This document shows positions 58,455-64,000 of a stretch of DNA of 64,000 bases, in pieces. The stretch comes from Parvibaculaceae bacterium. Its GTDB lineage: Bacteria; Pseudomonadota; Alphaproteobacteria; RS24; CBDDDD01. A program made the position numbers and the translations under genes. The notes beneath the pieces were generated by a model. That model was not told the DNA's origin and ran no database searches. It saw nothing but the letters and a program-made list of their open reading frames with translations. The stretch is taken from the NCBI GenBank assembly GCA_965226465.1, contig OZ245362.1:411566-475565 (forward strand). Reading direction: 5' to 3'. Position 1 is the stretch's first letter; every line of letters starts with the position of its first letter.

Positions 58455-59724
58455 GAAAAATGAAAATCGTGCTGTGCTTGTTGTGCCTGTTATGGCGCAT
58501 GAGAGAAGGGAGCGTAGCATTGAAGCACAATGTAAGGAAATAGGGGGGCTTGCCTGTGCAATTCATTTAGATATTGCCTGTATTGAAGCAGTAAAAATTT
58601 CACGCATTGATGCCGGCAAGCTATTTACAGCCGGGGGAGTAGAAAAAATTTCCATATGGGCAGAAAAATATGGGGCAGGGCTACTGATTATAGACAGCTC
58701 TCTTACCCCTATCCAGCAACGTAATTTGGAGCGGGAGCTGAAGATGAAAGTGCTGGACAGAACCGGTCTTATTTTAGAGATTTTTGGTGAAAGGGCACGC
58801 ACCGCAGAAGGGCAATTGCAGGTGGACCTTGCTCATTTGATTTACCAGAAAAGCCGCCTTGTTCGAAGCTGGACTCACCTTGAGCGACAACGTGCAGCGG
58901 CAGGCTTTATGGGTGGTCCGGGAGAAACGCAGATTGAGGCAGATAGGCGGCAAATTCAGACACGTATTCTTAGTATTCGTAGAAAGCTTGATAAGGTTAG
59001 AAAAACAAGGGCTTTGCATCGCAAACAGCGCCGACAGGCACCATGGTCTGTTATTGCGCTGGTCGGCTATACAAATGCAGGAAAAAGCACATTATTTAAT
59101 ACGATAACCAAATCTGAAGTAGTGGCAGAAAATATGCTTTTTGCAACCTTGGATCCGACATTGCGTATGGTAAAGTTGCCGGGTGGCCGTAAGATTATGC
59201 TGGCGGATACGGTGGGGTTTGTTTCTGCGCTTCCAACGGAGCTTATCGCTGCCTTTCGTGCCACATTGGAAGAAGTATTGGAGGCGGATATTATCCTGCA
59301 TATACGTGACATATCTCATTCTGATAGTGCCGTTCAAAAGCAGGATGTATTGAAGGTTTTAGGTTCTTTGGGTGTTCAGGAGCATGTTCCCATATTGGAG
59401 GTTTTAAACAAAAGCGATTTATTAGATGAAACAAAGCGTAGCTTTTGGGGGGATGGCTTGCTGGTCTCTGCAGAACAAAATGATGGAATGGATAGACTTT
59501 TAGAAAGAATTGAGCAGGAATTATCAAAAAATATAGTCAATATCAGCCTGGAACTTAGTGTAGAGGATGGTCAGGCACTTGCATGGCTACACCGTAATGG
59601 GGAAATGCTTTCTGAAAAGGGGAGGGAGAATGGTAATCTGCATATTACAGCGCGATTGGATAAGGTACAGCTTGGTCGTTTTTGTAAAAAATATCCTCAT
59701 TACCATCCTAATAAGGTTTCTTAG
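58438..59724 (+). CDS. hflX: GTPase HflX
   Basis: QQRNLE, DRTGLILEIF, GPGETQIE.DRR, VGYTNAGKSTL, LFATLDPT, DTVGF, NKSD. Confidence 0.97.
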   Translation: MGNILKKNENRAVLVVPVMAHERRERSIEAQCKEIGGLACAIHLDIACIEAVKISRIDAGKLFTAGGVEKISIWAEKYGAGLLIIDSSLTPIQQRNLERELKMKVLDRTGLILEIFGERARTAEGQLQVDLAHLIYQKSRLVRSWTHLERQRAAAGFMGGPGETQIEADRRQIQTRILSIRRKLDKVRKTRALHRKQRRQAPWSVIALVGYTNAGKSTLFNTITKSEVVAENMLFATLDPTLRMVKLPGGRKIMLADTVGFVSALPTELIAAFRATLEEVLEADIILHIRDISHSDSAVQKQDVLKVLGSLGVQEHVPILEVLNKSDLLDETKRSFWGDGLLVSAEQNDGMDRLLERIEQELSKNIVNISLELSVEDGQALAWLHRNGEMLSEKGRENGNLHITARLDKVQLGRFCKKYPHYHPNKVS

Positions 59725-59938
59725 TAGACAAGATAAACTATTTCTATATTTCAATAGTTTATAAAATATTTAGCGCATAATATATATTATGACAAATTAT
59801 TATATAGTATAAATTATCACAAATGCTCACGGTTTGGAGATTATTAAGATTTATAGGAAAGAATAGCTACTTAACCCGGCATATATTCGGATGGTCCGAA
59901 GCTGGCTAATGATGATCATATATAAAGGAGTTATGCTT

Positions 59939-60118
59939 ATGAAGGTCACGTTTATAAAACTAATGAAAGATGAAAATGGTGCAACAGCTATTGAATATGG
60001 TCTGATTGCAGCTGGTATTGCGGTTGCGATTGTGACTGCTGTTAATCAGATCGGTACAGATTTGACAGCCATGTTCACTGCAATTTCCGGTAAAATTACA
60101 GGAAATACGCCAAGCTAA
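59939..60118 (+). CDS. Flp/Fap type IVb pilin (flp1)
   Basis: KDENG/ATAIEYGLIAAGIAVAI Flp motif; SD AAGGAG 8 nt before ATG 59939. Confidence 0.92.
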   Translation: MKVTFIKLMKDENGATAIEYGLIAAGIAVAIVTAVNQIGTDLTAMFTAISGKITGNTPS

Positions 60119-60137
60119 TGGCCAGAGAGCAAAAATT

Positions 60138-60180
60138 GCAAGGGCTTGAGGCTTTGTTGCTTCCTGCCTTTGCCTTTTTT
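60138..60180 (+). terminator. Probable intrinsic terminator of flp1
   Basis: GCAAGGGC (60138-60145) pairs with GCCTTTGC (60166-60173), followed by C and T6. Confidence 0.5.
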
Positions 60181-60289
60181 GTAGCAGTCTGATTTATGTT
60201 TTCCGGGGCTTGTCCCTTTTTCCAATCTTCTCTTCCCCATGGGATTAGGAAAAGTCCCGGAAAACCCCTGCCTGCTCTCTTCTTAAGGC

Positions 60290-61057
60290 TTACTTAGCGC
60301 GTGAAAATAAGGAAAAGAAGTTTTCTGTAGTAGTCCGCGCTACATCCTCCAGGCTTATATGCTTACTATCTGCCAGGCATTGTGCTGTGTGGCGTATAAA
60401 AGCAGGCTCATTGCGCTTTCCACGATAAGGCACCGGTGCAAGATAAGGCGCATCGGTTTCAATAAGCAGTCTTTCCAGTGGGATATCTGCAAGGACATCC
60501 CTTAAATTCTGGGCGTTTTTAAAGGTAACAATCCCTGAAACCGATATATAAAAACCAAGCGCCAATGCCCTATCCGCCAATTCTTTTGTTCCTGTAAAGC
60601 AGTGAATTACTCCGGAAATCTCCCCTTTTTGCTCCTCTAATTGCCGACAGGTTTCTTGCTCGGCTTCGCGTGTATGGACGATGAGAGGAAGTTTTGTCTG
60701 TTTTGCTGCTTCAATATGCACTGCAAATGCTTGGATTTGTGCTTCTTTTGGGGAATTTTCATAATAAAAATCTAATCCAGTTTCTCCCAAAGCAATTACT
60801 TTACTGTGTGAGCTATACTCTATAAGCTTTTCTAAAGTAAGATTATTTTCTTTATCTGCTTCATGCGGATGTACGCCGATACTGGCATAAATATGGGGAT
60901 ATGTATCGGCAATCTTACAAATCCGCTCTATATCACTAAGGCGCGTGCAAATGCTCAGCATATTGGATACTTTTGCATCCCCTGCCCGCTTAATCACTTC
61001 TTCCCTATCTTCGCTAAAATCAGGGAAATCTAGATGACAATGGCTATCTACAAACAT
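60290..61057 (-). CDS. tatD: TatD-family hydrolase
   Basis: DSHCHL, GVHPH, GETGLD, IVHTREA, VIHCFTG, ETDAPYLAP.P.RGKRNEP. Confidence 0.95.
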   Translation of the reverse strand: MFVDSHCHLDFPDFSEDREEVIKRAGDAKVSNMLSICTRLSDIERICKIADTYPHIYASIGVHPHEADKENNLTLEKLIEYSSHSKVIALGETGLDFYYENSPKEAQIQAFAVHIEAAKQTKLPLIVHTREAEQETCRQLEEQKGEISGVIHCFTGTKELADRALALGFYISVSGIVTFKNAQNLRDVLADIPLERLLIETDAPYLAPVPYRGKRNEPAFIRHTAQCLADSKHISLEDVARTTTENFFSLFSRAK

Positions 61058-61156
61058 GGAAGAACTCTAGCATTTCAGTCTTGGTTATAAAACTCTTAAA
61101 CTATTCATCTTATCATAAAATTCAGTTCCTATAAATCTATCTCATGAAGAGGTTTC

Positions 61157-61384
61157 ATGATTCATTTCAAAGATTTAGCCAATGATGAAAAAGGCGCAAC
61201 TGCCTTAGAATATGCTTTAATTGCAACCCTTATCGGGGTTTCTATCATAGCGGGTATTACTTCGCTTAGATCAAGTACCGTAGAAAATATGGAAAAAAGT
61301 TCAGGAGCCATTACCAGTAGCACACCTGCACCACCTAATCCGGTAAGCACCCCTGGTTTCCCTGTAAGACCACCTGCAGATTAA
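61157..61384 (+). CDS. Second Flp-family pilin with Pro-rich C-terminal tail (flp2)
   Basis: DEKG/ATALEYALIATLIGVSII Flp motif; SD GAGG. Confidence 0.85.
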   Translation: MIHFKDLANDEKGATALEYALIATLIGVSIIAGITSLRSSTVENMEKSSGAITSSTPAPPNPVSTPGFPVRPPAD

Positions 61385-61659
61385 GAAGTATCATATTCAT
61401 CCTGATGCTGCTGCATATGGTTAAGGTGCAAAAGGCGTTGTAAAAGGGGCGTATTCTTGTTTTCAGGGGGCTTTGTTGCTCCTTCTATCCATGCAATAAG
61501 CTCCGTATCCTCACAGGCAAGAATTTCCTCATATATATCCAATTCTTGCTCACTCATATCTTTAAGAAAGCAATCCGCAAAGCGCCCAAGGATAAGGTCT
61601 AATTCCTTTGTGCCTCGATGCCAGGAGCGGAAATGTAATTTTTTGCGTCTTATGTCCAT
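61381..61659 (-). CDS. sdhE: Succinate dehydrogenase assembly factor 2 (SdhE)
   Basis: RRKKLHFRSWHRGTKELDLILGRFAD signature; divergent from recG. Confidence 0.93.
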   Translation of the reverse strand: MDIRRKKLHFRSWHRGTKELDLILGRFADCFLKDMSEQELDIYEEILACEDTELIAWIEGATKPPENKNTPLLQRLLHLNHMQQHQDEYDTS

Positions 61660-61735
61660 AATGCCTACCCATTATAGCAAAAAAAAGCTAGATTTAGAGC
61701 ATGATTATTGCCTGATTTTTTGGTCTTCTTAATAA

Positions 61736-63817
61736 ATGCGTCCAATTTCTTTGACTTCTCTTTTTGCTCCCCTATCCAGCCTGCAAGGTGTTGGTAATAA
61801 AATGGAGGAAAAATTGCGTTTGCTTTTTCAAGGCGACCGTATTGTTTCCATAATCTGGCATGTTCCCAATGATTATATAGACCGCAATCATGTCAGCAAG
61901 GTCAGCGATCTTATTGAAGGACAATTGGTGACCCTCTATATAGAAGCTCTTTCTCACAAGCTCGCAAGGCGAAAGGGATTAGCACATAGGGTTCAATGTA
62001 GTGATGAAACAGGAGAAATAGATCTGGTATTTTTTCACGGTAGCGGGAAATGGATAGAGGATGCTCTCGCTATAGCTGAATATAGATTTGTAAGCGGCAA
62101 GGTAGAGAAATATCAGAAGCGGTTACAAATGGTTCACCCCGACTATATCCTTACCGAGAAACAAAGGGAAGAAATGCCAAAATTAGAGCCTATATATCCG
62201 ATGATGGCGGGCATTGGTAAGCACATATTACTTAAGACAACAAACCAGATGATAGAGAAGCTACCTTCATTACCGGAATGGCAAAATCCCTCATGGTGCA
62301 AGCAACAAAACTGGCCTTCATGGAAAAAGGCAGTCACATTGCTCCATCGTCCGAAAAAGCTGGAGGATATCAAAGAAAACGCCCCTGCCCGTGAGCGTCT
62401 TGTCTATGACGAGTTGCTTGCCAATCAGTTGGCATTGCGCCTGACAAGAGCTTTTGGGAAGAAGCATAAAGGCAAGTCCTATAAGGGAAATGGTGAGATG
62501 AGAAAAGCTGTGCTTTCCGCCCTGCCCTATGAGTTGACCCCATCACAGGTAAAAGGCTTGGATGAGATATATGACGCCCAAAAGCAAGAAGAAAAGCAAA
62601 TACGCCTTTTACAGGGAGATGTTGGCTCCGGAAAGACATTATTGGCTCTTCTGGCAATGCTCAATGTAGTAGAAACCGGAGCACAGGCGACCCTTATGGC
62701 ACCGACAGAATTATTAGCCTGCCAGCATTTTAAAAATATAAGCCAAATATGTGCTCCCCTTAATATAGAAATAGCCTGCTTTCTAGGGCGTGATAGTGCA
62801 AAAGAGCGGGAAGAAAAAAGAGAAAAATTAAGAAAGGGGCAGATAAGTATTGCTATTGGTACACATGCTTTGTTTCAGGAAGGGGTAGAGTTTGCTCAAT
62901 TAGGTCTGGCCGTGATTGATGAACAACACCGCTTTGGAGTCCGTCAGCGCATGGCATTATTAGAGAAAAACAGGCAAAGCGATGTCCTGGTGATGACCGC
63001 TACCCCTATTCCAAGAACATTAAGCCTGATTGAATATGGAGATGTGGACGTTTCTTATCTTTTAGAAAAGCCTCCAGGGAGAAAGCCTATAGAAACCAGA
63101 ACAATATCTCTTTTGCGCCTTAATGAGGTAGAAGATGCGCTTTCGCGAGCTATTCAGCAAGGCAATCAGGTCTATTGGGTTTGCCCTGCTATTGAGGAAG
63201 ATAGTGGGCTTGCTGCGACTGAAGCGCGTTTTAGGGCACTATCCGCCCGTTTTAATAAGGAAAAAATAGGTTTTATACATGGGCAGATGCCAAGCCATGA
63301 GCGGCAATTGGTGATGGAGAAGTTTTTGGCAGGAGAGATTACTATATTGGTTGCAACGACAGTGATAGAGGTGGGTGTGGATGTGCCCTCTGCAAGTATT
63401 ATGGTGATTGAGGAAGCAGAAAGATTTGGTTTGGCACAATTACACCAATTGCGAGGGCGAGTTGGTCGCGGCGATAAGAAGTCAAGCTGTCTGCTATTGT
63501 ATAAATCTCCCTTAACAAAAAATGCCCGCACACGTCTTGAAGTATTACGAAAAAGCGATGATGGTTTTTTTATCGCTGAAGAAGATTTACGCTTGCGGGG
63601 TGCAGGAGAATTATTAGGGACACGCCAGAGCGGTTTGAGCAATTTCCATTTTGCAGATTTGCCATATCATGAAAAATGGCTCTTGCTTGCAGATAAGGAA
63701 GCACAGAATATTATTGAAGAGGATAAGGAGCTGACAAGTGCTCGTGGAAAATCTCTACGCATCCTGCTTTATCTATTTCAAAGAGATGAAGCCATAGGCT
63801 GTTTATGTTCGGGTTAG
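61736..63817 (+). CDS. recG: ATP-dependent DNA helicase RecG
   Basis: RLLQGDVGSGKT, MAPTELLA, IDEQHRFGV, MTATPIPRTL, QLHQLRGRVGRG. Confidence 0.98.
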   Translation: MRPISLTSLFAPLSSLQGVGNKMEEKLRLLFQGDRIVSIIWHVPNDYIDRNHVSKVSDLIEGQLVTLYIEALSHKLARRKGLAHRVQCSDETGEIDLVFFHGSGKWIEDALAIAEYRFVSGKVEKYQKRLQMVHPDYILTEKQREEMPKLEPIYPMMAGIGKHILLKTTNQMIEKLPSLPEWQNPSWCKQQNWPSWKKAVTLLHRPKKLEDIKENAPARERLVYDELLANQLALRLTRAFGKKHKGKSYKGNGEMRKAVLSALPYELTPSQVKGLDEIYDAQKQEEKQIRLLQGDVGSGKTLLALLAMLNVVETGAQATLMAPTELLACQHFKNISQICAPLNIEIACFLGRDSAKEREEKREKLRKGQISIAIGTHALFQEGVEFAQLGLAVIDEQHRFGVRQRMALLEKNRQSDVLVMTATPIPRTLSLIEYGDVDVSYLLEKPPGRKPIETRTISLLRLNEVEDALSRAIQQGNQVYWVCPAIEEDSGLAATEARFRALSARFNKEKIGFIHGQMPSHERQLVMEKFLAGEITILVATTVIEVGVDVPSASIMVIEEAERFGLAQLHQLRGRVGRGDKKSSCLLLYKSPLTKNARTRLEVLRKSDDGFFIAEEDLRLRGAGELLGTRQSGLSNFHFADLPYHEKWLLLADKEAQNIIEEDKELTSARGKSLRILLYLFQRDEAIGCLCSG

Positions 63818-64000
63818 TCTACAACCCCTGCCGAAATAACAAGCCTTGCGCCCTCCTCGGCATTCATATCAAGTTTGACAATGTCCTTGCGGGGTACAAA
63901 GAGCAAAAAGCCGGAAGTAGGATTGGGGGTAGTCGGTAGAAATACAGAGACAAGCTCATCATTTTCAAGCTGTTTTGCCACCTGCCCTTTCACTTTCTCT
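63814..64000 (-). CDS. DUF502-family membrane protein, C-terminal part (5'-truncated by the window edge)
   Basis: Manual minus-strand translation gives ...VSVFLPTTPNPTSGFLLFVPRKDIVKLDMNAEEGARLVISAGVVD*, with the PTTPNPTSG signature. Not in the ORF track. Confidence 0.85.
   Translation of the reverse strand, partial: EKVKGQVAKQLENDELVSVFLPTTPNPTSGFLLFVPRKDIVKLDMNAEEGARLVISAGVVD

Noticed and set aside
61736-63817. recG as a dedicated recombination factor for the array
   Set aside because: It lies ~31 kb from the array in its normal sdhE/DUF502 context; nothing links it to the array.

Overview
Chromosomal window from an AT-rich alphaproteobacterium, inferred from gene order and protein sequences; the lineage cannot be fixed without a search. 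The left 30.8 kb is an uninterrupted same-strand array of at least six large paralogous autotransporter-like (type Va) surface proteins. The five complete ones are 1650-1888 aa; the first is cut by the window edge. The complete copies have a signal peptide and a variable number of FGxG(D/N)D repeats. All six share a DC-x3/4-CKG hinge, beta-helix-like repeats and an indel-free 945-bp C-terminal beta-barrel region. Their passenger domains are patchworks of blocks shared with different neighbours, and four of the five internal spacers carry a related promoter cassette. This suggests a recombination-driven surface-protein diversification locus. The right 33 kb is housekeeping: queCEDF, eno, ftsB, pdhABC-lpdA-lipA, a RatA-like protein, cinA-pgpA-ispDF, an orphan ABC solute-binding protein, tRNA-Ser(UGA), rlpA-dacA-tmk-holB-metG, ntrYX-trkAH-dat-hflX, two orphan Flp pilins around tatD, sdhE, recG and a partial DUF502 gene. 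It shows signs of rearrangement and gene loss: no hfq before hflX, no dusB-ntrBC before ntrY, no mfd after sdhE, and metG split from tatD. No integrase, transposase, CRISPR or rRNA was seen.
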